Shown here: one piece after another, positions 50,201 through 57,269 of the stretch
How positions within the stretch are numbered: position 1 is the stretch's first letter
Layout of the letters: the number at the start of each line of letters is the position of its first letter
NCBI GenBank assembly: GCA_964368835.1
Contig: CAYJCZ010000003.1
Location: 153 to 64,152, forward strand
DNA from: an uncultured Candidatus Saccharibacteria bacterium
GTDB lineage: Bacteria; Patescibacteriota; Minisyncoccia; Phycocordibacterales; UBA6065
Direction: 5' to 3'
DNA: 64,000 nucleotides
Position numbers and translations under genes: made by a program
The notes under the pieces: model-generated
What the model was told of the DNA's origin: nothing
The model's database searches: none
The model's input: the letters and a program-made list of their open reading frames with translations, nothing else

Positions 50201-53200
50201 ACACCTCCAGCAAAACCACCTCGAATTGTAGTTTGTATTGAGCCTGTACCTCCGAGTGTTCCTGATGCAGCTCCGTAAACCATCGATCCCTCAACAGCGC
50301 TTACCACCGCAGAACCTGTAGTGGTACCCACAGCGAATGCTGACCGGCCGGCATAGACATTTTCTTGACCAACCACTACTCCACCAGCAAATGATGAGGT
50401 TGCTGTTGTAGATGTTGCGGTGAAATTATCTGCTACAACTTGACCACTTACTGACAATTTTGCGTACGGAGAAGTAGTACCGATACCGACGTTTCCTCCA
50501 AAATATGCACTTCCGGTCGTTGTTGCTGTTCCGTTGATTGTGAGTCCTCCTGTAGCAACTCCACTTCCAATAGTTGAAGAAGCAGAAACTATGAGACCAA
50601 GTGTAGTGGTTGGACGAAGAGTTCCTGAAACAACGTTCCAATCTCGGAATTGTGACGCGTAGTAATCAGAAGATGTTGTTGCCCATGAGCCAGAGCCTGA
50701 TCCACAAGCTGAACCTGTGCCTGATACTTGTCCGAGTGAGTTAACCTGGAGACACTGAGTTGAGCCAGTGATTGAGGTGATTGCGAGGTTGGTTGTAGAT
50801 GCGGTGCCTGTAGCTACAAGGTTTCCTCCGATGTATGCTGAGCCGGCGACGGATAGTTTTTCGAATGGAGAGGTTGTAGCAATACCGACGTTGCCTAAGT
50901 TTGTGATTATAAATCTATTTCCATTATCCACTGTATTATCATCTGAGCTAACCATAAACAATGTAGATGCGCCCCCTGCACCAGTAACTTCTAATGCTGC
51001 ATCTGGACTAGCATCATTAATACCCATCAAACCATTCACATCCAAAGTCACAACACTCGCATCCGTAGCATTTCCTATAGAAAATCTTCCGCTATTACTT
51101 ACCCAATTTGACCATCCAATTCCAGATGCCTCGTTATAAATTCCAAGACCCCACGAGTTTTCATCATTCTGGGATATAACAAAATTTGCAGGAAATCCCA
51201 AGAAACTACCAGAACCAGGTCCATCAATTACAACTGATCCTAAAACCGGAGTTGTACTTCCAATTCCAATATTGCTTGCAAAATACGCTCGACCTGTAGT
51301 TGTAGCAGCACCATTAACAGTCAAGCCCTCTATCCCATTTCCAATCGTAGATGAAGCATTAACAATCAAACCTCGAGTTGTCGTAGGTGCAAGATATCCA
51401 TTTCCCTGAACAGTGAATGCATTGAAGAGAGATGCGTAGTTGTTTGCTGATGTGGTTGAGAATGCTGAAATGTTCTGCTGTGTGAGCCAGTAGTCAGCAG
51501 ATGTAGTTGAGTAGAAGTATCCCTTGTTGAGGGTATCGAGGAATGTCTGTACTCGTGAGTTCTGGTAGTAGAGGTTAGAACCTTCAGCAACGTCTGTAGT
51601 GAGAAGTCCGAGAGATGATGTTGCGATCTGCTGGTATGTACCACCTGCGTATGAACCGATGAGGATTCCTGCAGCACTTGGGTTAGCTATACCTGTACCT
51701 CCTCGAGATGCGGAGAGGGTGCCTGTCCATGTAGGAGTGAATGTGTGAATGTCACTTGCAGAAGTAATGGTAAGACCAATATTAGTGTCAGATGAAGTTG
51801 CAAACACCTGTCCTGCACCGCTCTGGTTTGAAGAAAATTCACCTCGCAATGCGGTAATGCCACCGCCCGCTCCCGCGTCAGTACCGCAAGAAAATTGTCC
51901 TGTGGTTGAATTCCAAATTAATTTATCTGATGATCCAGAACAAGAAGAAAGTCCTGCGCCACGAACAGTACCCTCTATATATAGAGCAGTTGTCGTAGCA
52001 TTTGTACCTGTAGCATTTAAAAATGTAATATTCGCAAAATCTACATTGTTAGAAAATGTAGTTGCGCCAGTGACTGTTACCGTTCCCGCAAGGGTTGGGT
52101 TTGTAAGCGTGAGATCTGTTGTATCAACAGAATTATTAATTATTGTTGTTCCTCCGCCGCCACCGCCCGAAGATGTTCTCTGACTTAATCGATCAGAAGT
52201 AGTTCTGATATTTTGCAGTAAGAGATCTACCCGTGAACTTACTGTTGCGAGATCCGTTTGAAATGAGTTTTGAAGTAAATCAATTCTCTGATTGAAATCC
52301 AAAGAAACTAAATCCGCAACCTGACGAGCACTGAAAGAGTACTGCAAAGAATTACTTTCAACTGGTGAGCCTACCGAACTTGATGTGTTGAAGTTCTGAA
52401 CAATTACTTCAGGTCGCACAACCACCGATTCCTCTGACTCTGAAGCTTGGTTATTACCACTAACAACAAAATCAGAAACAGGGATCCTGTTGGTCGATGT
52501 TGCTGGTTTGTCAGTTTTTCCAATATTAGCAAGTTTCTCTTTAGCACTATTCAAAGTTGAACCTGCAGGCACCTGAGCAACTTCAACCTTCGGTTTGCCG
52601 CTACCAAAAACAAGTGTCCATCCCTTATTGAAAAGTGGATTTATAAACTCGTACACACCGACCGCTGATGCTTCGAGCACCCCTTCTGTCACTACACCGG
52701 CATTTGAAACAGCCGCCATAAAATCGTTTGATGAAAGAACTGGCGATCCTGTTTCAGACGCAGACTGTATTCCCGCTGCAACTTCAGTAGAAAAATTAAA
52801 TATTCTTTCTTTGAGAAGACCTAGTGATTTAAAAGCTGAACCAATATTTTTCGAATTTACAAAATTAAAACTGCTGACAGCAATGAGACAAATTAAAGCG
52901 AGCGCAACAAATTTTTTCGTGTATGAAGGTTTACCATACTCGGATACAGTAATAGATTTTTTAACTTCTTGTACAGGAACAGCTGTAGGTTTTACAACTG
53001 GAGTAGCAATAATAATTTTTTCAGGCTTCACAGATACCTTCTTGAGCTCTGGCAAAAGTCCCCTGCTATCTGAATCATACTTTAGTAATTTTTCAAGGAA
53101 AACTTTAGGAGCATCAATTGCCTGAGCATCCGAGATCGCCTTATGAATCAAGGGCTTTGATTCCTTCTGTGACAAAGATTGGGATTTCAATGAAGACAGG

Positions 53201-53400
53201 AGGTTAGCACCTTTGTCCGCAGTTATGTGGTAGTTGAGAATTGAGGATTCACAGACAAACCAGAGCCGACCTACCTTTGTTGCCTCAATTTTTCCATCTC
53301 GGATGAGTTGCCCCACATAGTCCTGAGTATAGCTACAGGCTTGGGCAGCTCGTCTAGACGAGATGAACTTTTTTCCATCAATAATGAGTTGATCGCTCAT
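44245..53400 (-). CDS. Giant 3051-aa protein: N-terminal excisionase/MerR-type HTH, single TM helix, extracellular repetitive fibre with a 6-blade Kelch-like propeller, C-terminal peptidase S74 intramolecular-chaperone domain, coiled-coil and Pro-rich tail
   Basis: N-terminal SSRRAAQACSYTQDYVGQLIRDGKIEATKVGRLWFVCESSI matches HTH_17. TM helix KKFVALALICLIAVSSFNFV. At least five dispersed copies of a VAGSAYIGGNLTATGTASTTNLAITSITGSTQCLQVNSLGQV(S/T)GTGSACG unit. Six GDYVYLFGG...VIYRAPVSNPTSW Kelch repeats. CTSDRSLKKDIQNV...LQAVSFRWNKED...GFIAQDVEAVFPELV matches the S74 domain. C-terminal TPPVIEEEPVPPVEETP. Confidence 0.8.
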   Translation of the reverse strand: MSDQLIIDGKKFISSRRAAQACSYTQDYVGQLIRDGKIEATKVGRLWFVCESSILNYHITADKGANLLSSLKSQSLSQKESKPLIHKAISDAQAIDAPKVFLEKLLKYDSDSRGLLPELKKVSVKPEKIIIATPVVKPTAVPVQEVKKSITVSEYGKPSYTKKFVALALICLIAVSSFNFVNSKNIGSAFKSLGLLKERIFNFSTEVAAGIQSASETGSPVLSSNDFMAAVSNAGVVTEGVLEASAVGVYEFINPLFNKGWTLVFGSGKPKVEVAQVPAGSTLNSAKEKLANIGKTDKPATSTNRIPVSDFVVSGNNQASESEESVVVRPEVIVQNFNTSSSVGSPVESNSLQYSFSARQVADLVSLDFNQRIDLLQNSFQTDLATVSSRVDLLLQNIRTTSDRLSQRTSSGGGGGGTTIINNSVDTTDLTLTNPTLAGTVTVTGATTFSNNVDFANITFLNATGTNATTTALYIEGTVRGAGLSSCSGSSDKLIWNSTTGQFSCGTDAGAGGGITALRGEFSSNQSGAGQVFATSSDTNIGLTITSASDIHTFTPTWTGTLSASRGGTGIANPSAAGILIGSYAGGTYQQIATSSLGLLTTDVAEGSNLYYQNSRVQTFLDTLNKGYFYSTTSADYWLTQQNISAFSTTSANNYASLFNAFTVQGNGYLAPTTTRGLIVNASSTIGNGIEGLTVNGAATTTGRAYFASNIGIGSTTPVLGSVVIDGPGSGSFLGFPANFVISQNDENSWGLGIYNEASGIGWSNWVSNSGRFSIGNATDASVVTLDVNGLMGINDASPDAALEVTGAGGASTLFMVSSDDNTVDNGNRFIITNLGNVGIATTSPFEKLSVAGSAYIGGNLVATGTASTTNLAITSITGSTQCLQVNSLGQVSGTGSACGSGSGSWATTSSDYYASQFRDWNVVSGTLRPTTTLGLIVSASSTIGSGVATGGLTINGTATTTGSAYFGGNVGIGTTSPYAKLSVSGQVVADNFTATSTTATSSFAGGVVVGQENVYAGRSAFAVGTTTGSAVVSAVEGSMVYGAASGTLGGTGSIQTTIRGGFAGGVASGILGSGNASILSSGSGSLAYGVAVGIAAPATLSASANGSVAFGYAFRNLTSSGDGSFAAGYANAGAVTSTGSGSFAFGDNVNATAALSTAFGKGFTNSSADTFQVGYTANPTLTVSATGIGAGTTSPFALLSVAGNAYIGGNLTATGTASTTNLAITSITGSTQCLQVNSLGQVSGTGSACGAGSSSWATSSSDYYASNFSAFTVQGNGYLAPTTTRGLILTASSTLANVTLVNATTTNSTTTGNAYFASRLGIGTTTPAATSSITAYGNLYLEGTGRYVNFGSAFQSGSGGYGIRENGGVIEFRNAYSSSTILASNWTPISSAASVRYQLTEGGWVNTGATLPGNLGESQSAVIGDYVYLFGGNNSSVASTIYRAPVSNPTSWVNTGATIPGILQNSQVLVIGDYVYLFGGYGSGYTNVIYRAPVSNPTSWTNTGATLPGNLGNSQVLVIGDYIYLYGGDNGSVTNVIYRAPVSNPTSWTNTGATLPGNLGYSQGLVLGDYVYLFGGDTGSASGVIYRAPVSNPTSWTNTGATLPAALNRSQIAVVGDYVYLFGGYNGSYTNVIYRAPVSNPTSWTDTGYTIPGNLDVSQVSVIGDNVYLFGGYNGSSYTNVIYRAPITSNANLNKNYIARLNAPVGPWFNTSSSSSAVSYITGNVGIGTTSPFALLSVAGSAYIGGNLTATGTASTTNLAITSITGSTQCLQVNSLGQVTGTGSACGAGGGSGGGSWSTTTSTVSGTLINYPNNTSDVVAIGSNSTTTAEFYFDPNINTASITGKLKLLGSNSEVLIGQATGGARGFKSVEVQSENSSFGSEQSGAYSSLFGYNNYSVAASSTLIGLSNVVDYTDSPFATLLGASNYVDVGSSYATLVGYSNYVKGKRASVFGYDNASDVFSDSASVFGYQNYTTAAASSTVIGYKNTASAASTTILGADITNDVANSLMIGPSDAAKLTVLGAAGSVGYVGIGTTSPYAKLSVVSSVTPVNVFTQGTAFTVDTSGALAWDGYDSSAEEILYPDMRLTSLRSGGYEQFGVYGNGSVTMGSTTKSFMDQTMGEASSAYKYSIASMKTMVPGSFEKNVNGFLFGVYDPASVATNQTVQSTVTDTLSRLNVTGDNVALGSNTDSYIFSKAANAGLSLSTERAATSTYFDIGIGALATEENEGDMSEAFYLGSNVITDVHTNGIDLLYFHPARDNTMLLTSDPVERSAYEFDTIHSLTTAGLFKVSTATSTRFSILGDGTTFIHGNLGVGTTSPFAKLSTAGSAYIGGNLTATGTVAFTGLVGCNTIDTDANGVLSCGTDEGGVGGTWATTSSNYYASQFRDFSVQGNGYLAPTTTRGLILNASSTIGSGAQAGGLTINGGATTTGNAYIAGSLAIGTTTATSLLEIVGSGIPVIELGSIGSATTRGPHILLSDGGVDKAVIDFMATASAGAHRVGSLEIRNVAGGDTYFYSGANTNPLDVILAVDSSGNVGVGTTSPYAKLTVQATTSSSAPLFVVASSTAGTATSTAFIIDAFGKVGVGTTSPYAKLSVAGETVSRNFTATSTTATSTIAGGLDVGSGALVYDYSSGITSINGLNLSGSLSFDTDAGIVSWSDLPVSSSAAANTVQSYSAQIDSNPILTVYAEANGSGGIQDSGVGIGTSTPQRKLHVYTTADEAPVRFEDANGYCEINPTSTTWTCTSDRSLKKDIQNVATDETLQRMAQLQAVSFRWNKEDTSDSLRYGFIAQDVEAVFPELVTTGTNGLKSVAYGGFTPFIIEAIKSLNLSVTNLENRMLGIEGRLAALETYAEANGFERVIASTTDEFASSTATTTASTTIAIVSGWIESLGAKIENAIATFVSVVAESLTANIAYIKTVEADTIQTKTLRVGDIDNLAKSGVTVLDRSSGLPTCIYMEAGIMRTEPGECGSYVPTPAIPPNNDGDEGGDTGTTTPDVIDNNGDTGDNGTTTPPVIEEEPVPPVEETPLVEPPVVDPAPVPEVPAETP
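45570..50900 (-). repeat. Dispersed intragenic near-identical repeat units (fibre unit of about 110-200 nt, at least 5 copies) inside the giant gene
   Basis: For example 48100-48240, 49720-49860 and 50770-50890 all share gaggttggttgtagatgc.gtgcctgt.gc....aggtttcctcc.at.tatgc... at close to 90% identity. Confidence 0.6.
48250..49260 (-). repeat. Six tandem roughly 145-nt Kelch-blade repeats inside the giant gene
   Basis: The block gttggatttgaaactggtgc.cg.ta.at recurs at about 48469, 48759, 48899, 49040 and elsewhere. Protein-level repeats are almost identical. Confidence 0.6.
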
Positions 53401-53782
53401 AAAATTTCAATACGGCTATTATCCCCCATGGCAACAGAAGTAACTATGTGGAAAATCAGGTCGCAATTCGTAGTTTTTAGAGGGAGTTCTGCCTGTTAGG
53501 ACGAGCATAGACACAGGACTTGTGTTTCTGAGGGATTTGTTTCCTTTGATGGATTAGAGTTTAATCTCCGTAGGCTGAGCCAGACTTATCCTGAATTGAT
53601 TTCCATGGCTACAAACAACAGATTTTGATAGTAATGTTTATCAATGTTTTAAAAGCAGTAGAAAAGATGACCTAAGAATTGCTACCCCTCCAACTGAGCA
53701 CGTTTTAGAAACTAATTTTACGCATTCTGAGCAAAATTGAATTTGCTATCAATTTTGACCGATCTCATATAGAGTAATCTGT

Positions 53783-54529
53783 ATGGAAAACCCATTATCA
53801 CAAGAACACAAGAATAGGCTAGATGTCGAGATGCATTCACGTGCACTTTCACGATCTCGGTCACATGCTGCAGACCTTATTAAAAGAGGTCTAGTGATGA
53901 TAAATGGAAAGCGAGCAGAAAAAACGAGCACAGAGGTTTCTGCATTGGATCAAATTACTTTGGCTCAAATAGAAAAGTTTGTTAGTCGTGCTGGTGAAAA
54001 ACTTTCTCACGCATTAGAGGTCTTTGATGTGTCCCCTGCCAACCTCGTGGCACTTGATATCGGATCATCGACCGGTGGATTTACAGATTGTCTTTTACAA
54101 AACGGTGCGCAGAAAGTTATTGCAGTAGATGTTGGCACTGATCAACTTGTAGCAGTTTTGAAAAATGATCCCCGTGTCGAACTACATGAAGGCACTAACA
54201 TCAAAAATTTTAAACTCGCTGATCCTGTCGACATGGTTGTCATAGATGTTTCATTTATCTCACTTACTCATGTATTGCCTAAGGCATTTGAATGTGTGAA
54301 AAAAGGAGGCGTTGTCATCGCTCTCGTGAAGCCACAGTTTGAAGTAGGTATGGAAACTGCAAAAAAGCATCGCGGTGTCATAACTGATCCAACACTCCAA
54401 AATGATGTTTTAAAAACAATTAAGGCAGCTTCAAAGAAAACGGGTTTCAAAGTTGTTTCTGATACCACCTCCCCTATCGAGGGTGAAAAAGGTAACAAGG
54501 AGTTTTTGCTTTTACTTAAAAGGCCTTAA
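53783..54529 (+). CDS. tlyA: TlyA-family rRNA 2-prime-O-methyltransferase (S4 plus FtsJ-like domains)
   Basis: S4 domain RLDVEMHSRALSRSRSHAADLIKRGLVMINGKR. SAM-binding LDIGSSTGGFTDCLLQNGA. Confidence 0.85.
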   Translation: MENPLSQEHKNRLDVEMHSRALSRSRSHAADLIKRGLVMINGKRAEKTSTEVSALDQITLAQIEKFVSRAGEKLSHALEVFDVSPANLVALDIGSSTGGFTDCLLQNGAQKVIAVDVGTDQLVAVLKNDPRVELHEGTNIKNFKLADPVDMVVIDVSFISLTHVLPKAFECVKKGGVVIALVKPQFEVGMETAKKHRGVITDPTLQNDVLKTIKAASKKTGFKVVSDTTSPIEGEKGNKEFLLLLKRP

Positions 54530-54537
54530 CTCTCACA

Positions 54538-54565
54538 TTGACGAATGCTATTTTTTGTGTAAAAT
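54538..54565 (+). promoter_or_regulatory. Candidate promoter: TTGACG, 16-nt spacer, extended -10 TGtTAAAAT
   Basis: About 75 nt upstream of the TTG start at 54640. Confidence 0.4.
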
Positions 54566-54639
54566 TTCGTCTAGAAACGCTCTCCTAATACCCCTGAGGA
54601 AAGTGGCTTTCTTACATAAAACCTCAAAAACAATACTGA

Positions 54640-55329
54640 TTGAACTCGATCAACTCCCCGTTTGCTCAAACCAAATTCAACTATCTTATTGGCCCGACCT
54701 GTGTCGGAAAAGGATTCATTCTTAAACTTCTTGATCGCGTGCTGACGCATTCAAGGGAGCAGAATCTGACAGTAGGATATATTTCCTTCGGACAGATCAT
54801 TCGTGATCTTATGAAGCGTGAGGCTGACTTTCGCAGAAAGCACGAGCAGACAATCAAGCGAGGCGACTTACTTGATGACCCTGCTGCAATTGAGCTTTTC
54901 AGCGGAAAGCTTAGTGAGCTTTCTCAGGAAGGCCCATTTGATCTCATGTTTGTGGACGGATTCTGTAGAACCGCTCCTCAGGTTACTCACGCAGCAGATC
55001 TTGGCTTGCTTCGGAGACAAGACACCATTTTTGTCATCGAAGCTTCCCTTCACGTTTGCGCTGAGCGGTTTACCCACCGCAACGAGCATGATTCATCGCG
55101 CCTGGAGCGTGAGATGCCGACCTTTCAAAAGCGTTATCATCTCCACGCAGATAATGTTGGGCAGCTTAAAACTGCCCTACGTATGACCGCGGCCGGTGAA
55201 AACATCAGGGAAATCGATGCAAACAGAAGTATTCCTGAGTTTGCATTCCCTTCCTTCATGTCTCACTTGCTTCCTGTAATTTCGGATCTTGTGAGCAAAA
55301 GAGCTCGACAAGACGAGATTCCCGTCTAA
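54640..55329 (+). CDS. Divergent adenylate-kinase-family (NMP kinase-like) P-loop protein with a TTG start
   Basis: P-loop LIGPTCVGKGF and DGFCRTAPQ (AK DGFPRT-like). No LID. Starts at TTG immediately after an in-frame TGA. Confidence 0.5.
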   Translation: MNSINSPFAQTKFNYLIGPTCVGKGFILKLLDRVLTHSREQNLTVGYISFGQIIRDLMKREADFRRKHEQTIKRGDLLDDPAAIELFSGKLSELSQEGPFDLMFVDGFCRTAPQVTHAADLGLLRRQDTIFVIEASLHVCAERFTHRNEHDSSRLEREMPTFQKRYHLHADNVGQLKTALRMTAAGENIREIDANRSIPEFAFPSFMSHLLPVISDLVSKRARQDEIPV

Positions 55330-55336
55330 GTATTTC

Positions 55337-55366
55337 AGCCCACCTTGCCAGGTGGGCTTTTTTTTG
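55337..55366 (+). terminator. Rho-independent terminator
   Basis: AGCCCACCT-tgcc-AGGTGGGCT followed by TTTTTTTT. Confidence 0.7.
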
Positions 55367-55431
55367 CTTTAATATACCCCTATCTGAGCCGCCGGCTCGT
55401 TTTATTTTTTGAGCAAAAACCAAGCAAAACC

Positions 55432-57234
55432 ATGGAAATTAGAAATATAGCCATTATCGCCCACGTCGACCACGGAAAAACAACTCTGATGGACGGCATT
55501 ATGAAGCAATCTGGCGTAGCCAAAGAGGGCTTTTCTATGGACTCAAACGCTCTTGAACAGGAGCGAGGCATCACTATTTATGCAAAAAACGCCTCTATTA
55601 CATATAAAGGAGTAAAAATTAACATCGTAGACACACCAGGACACGCTGACTTCGGTTCTGAAGTAGAACGCGTGCTTAGGTCAATCGACACCGTGCTTCT
55701 TCTTGTTGACGCACAGGAAGGTCCAATGCCTCAGACTCGATTCGTGCTCAAGAAGTCTCTTGAACTTGGAATGAAGCCTATCGTTTTGATCAACAAGATC
55801 GACAAGCCAGCAGCTCGACCAAAGGAAGTGCTTGATGAAATTCTTGAGCTCTTTATTGAGCTTGGCGCAACTGATGATCAGCTCAACTTCAAGACCATTT
55901 ACTCTATCGGACGACAGGGTATCGCAAAACATAACCTTACCGATGAATCAAAGGATCTTACTCCTCTTCTCGACACCATTCTTGAGCTCGTTCCACCTGC
56001 ACCTTCAAACACTGCAATTCCACTTCGAATGCAGCCTTTCAATCTTGCGTACGACTCATACACAGGCCGACTTGGTCTTGGACGAATCTACGAAGGTAAG
56101 GTTCGCGTAGGACAAAACGTCTTTATTAAGAAGCCTACTGGCGAAACTCGAACAGGTAAAGTAACCAAACTCTATACTTTCAAAGGTCTTGATCGTGAAG
56201 AGGTAAATGAAGCAAGCGCAGGAGACATCGTTATGCTTGCAGGTCTTCCTGATATCTTTATCGGTGAAACTATTTGCGAGACTGAAAATCAGGAACCTCT
56301 CCATGCTATTAACGTCGACGAACCAACGATCGGTCTTAACTTCCTCGTTAACAACTCCCCTTTTGCAGGACGTGAAGGTAAGTTTGTTACAACTCGACAG
56401 ATCCGTGAGCGACTTGAAAAAGAGCTTGAGGTAAACGTGGGACTCAAAATTGATTTCAACCCACCGGTCATCGCTGGTAGCCCTGATACCTTCCGTATCT
56501 TTGGACGAGGTGAACTCCACGTTTCGATTCTTCTTGAAACTATGCGCCGCGAGGGATTTGAACTTCAGGTATCACAACCTCAAGTAATCATCAAAGAAAT
56601 TGATGGTGTTAAGTCAGAGCCATTTGAGGAAGTGACAGCGGATGTTCGAAACGAGGTCTCTGGTGAAGTGATCCGAAAGCTCTCGCAGCGAAAGGGTCTT
56701 ATGACAAACATGGTTGAACGAGAAGGTATCACTCGACTTACCTTTGAAATCCCTACTCGTGGACTTCTCGGTTATCGAGGAGAATTCGTTGTAGATACAC
56801 GAGGTGAAGGTATCCTTTCAGCGCGATTCATTGGATTCCGTGAACATGTTGGTGTCATTGAAAAGCATGAATTTGGATCAATGATTTCTATGGAACAAGG
56901 CGACGCTGTTGGATTTGCCCTCTGGAATCTCCAGGAACGAGGTACTCTCTATATCGGTGCTGGCGTCCCTGTGTACGAAGGAATGATTATTGGAAACACT
57001 TCAAAGGGTGACGATCTTGATGTAAATCCTTGCAAAGGAAAGGTTATGTCAAACTACCGATCTGCAGGTAAGGATGAAGCGATCACCCTCATTCCTCCAT
57101 TTGTACTCACAATCGAACGAGGTCTTGAAATTATGCACGAAAGTGATTATCTCGAAATCACCCCTCAATCTGTTCGACTCCGAAAGCAGTATTTGAAAAA
57201 GGCAGACCGAGACAAATCAAAGAAAAAATCATAA
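55432..57234 (+). CDS. typA: Ribosome-binding GTPase BipA/TypA
   Basis: [19 protein letters not shown]..., [13 protein letters not shown], and the BipA-specific C-terminal domain. The internal ATG at 55432 is preferred. Confidence 0.9.
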   Translation: MEIRNIAIIAHVDHGKTTLMDGIMKQSGVAKEGFSMDSNALEQERGITIYAKNASITYKGVKINIVDTPGHADFGSEVERVLRSIDTVLLLVDAQEGPMPQTRFVLKKSLELGMKPIVLINKIDKPAARPKEVLDEILELFIELGATDDQLNFKTIYSIGRQGIAKHNLTDESKDLTPLLDTILELVPPAPSNTAIPLRMQPFNLAYDSYTGRLGLGRIYEGKVRVGQNVFIKKPTGETRTGKVTKLYTFKGLDREEVNEASAGDIVMLAGLPDIFIGETICETENQEPLHAINVDEPTIGLNFLVNNSPFAGREGKFVTTRQIRERLEKELEVNVGLKIDFNPPVIAGSPDTFRIFGRGELHVSILLETMRREGFELQVSQPQVIIKEIDGVKSEPFEEVTADVRNEVSGEVIRKLSQRKGLMTNMVEREGITRLTFEIPTRGLLGYRGEFVVDTRGEGILSARFIGFREHVGVIEKHEFGSMISMEQGDAVGFALWNLQERGTLYIGAGVPVYEGMIIGNTSKGDDLDVNPCKGKVMSNYRSAGKDEAITLIPPFVLTIERGLEIMHESDYLEITPQSVRLRKQYLKKADRDKSKKKS

Positions 57235-57243
57235 ACCAAAAAA

Positions 57244-57265
57244 ACAGCCCTCAGGCTGTTTTTTG
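57244..57265. terminator. Bidirectional intrinsic terminator between convergent typA and the giant surface gene
   Basis: ACAGCC-ctca-GGCTGT flanked by an A-run and a T-run. Confidence 0.6.
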
Positions 57266-57269
57266 CTAA

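Noticed and set aside
45570-50900. CRISPR-like regularly spaced repeats
   Set aside because: The repeats are 110-200 nt long. They lie within a continuous 9-kb open reading frame and encode protein repeats. There are no short direct repeats with unique spacers and no cas genes.
44245-53400. Prophage or phage-tail gene cluster, suggested by the S74 tail-fibre chaperone domain
   Set aside because: No integrase, terminase, capsid, portal, baseplate or lysis genes occur anywhere nearby. The flanking genes are housekeeping or surface proteins. This is a cellular surface fibre using phage-like modules, not a prophage.
53401-53782. A 382-nt intergenic region upstream of the giant operon, examined for a riboswitch or ncRNA
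   Set aside because: I could recognise no convincing conserved riboswitch motif or terminator/antiterminator pair by eye. It is probably a divergent promoter region. An Rfam scan would settle it.
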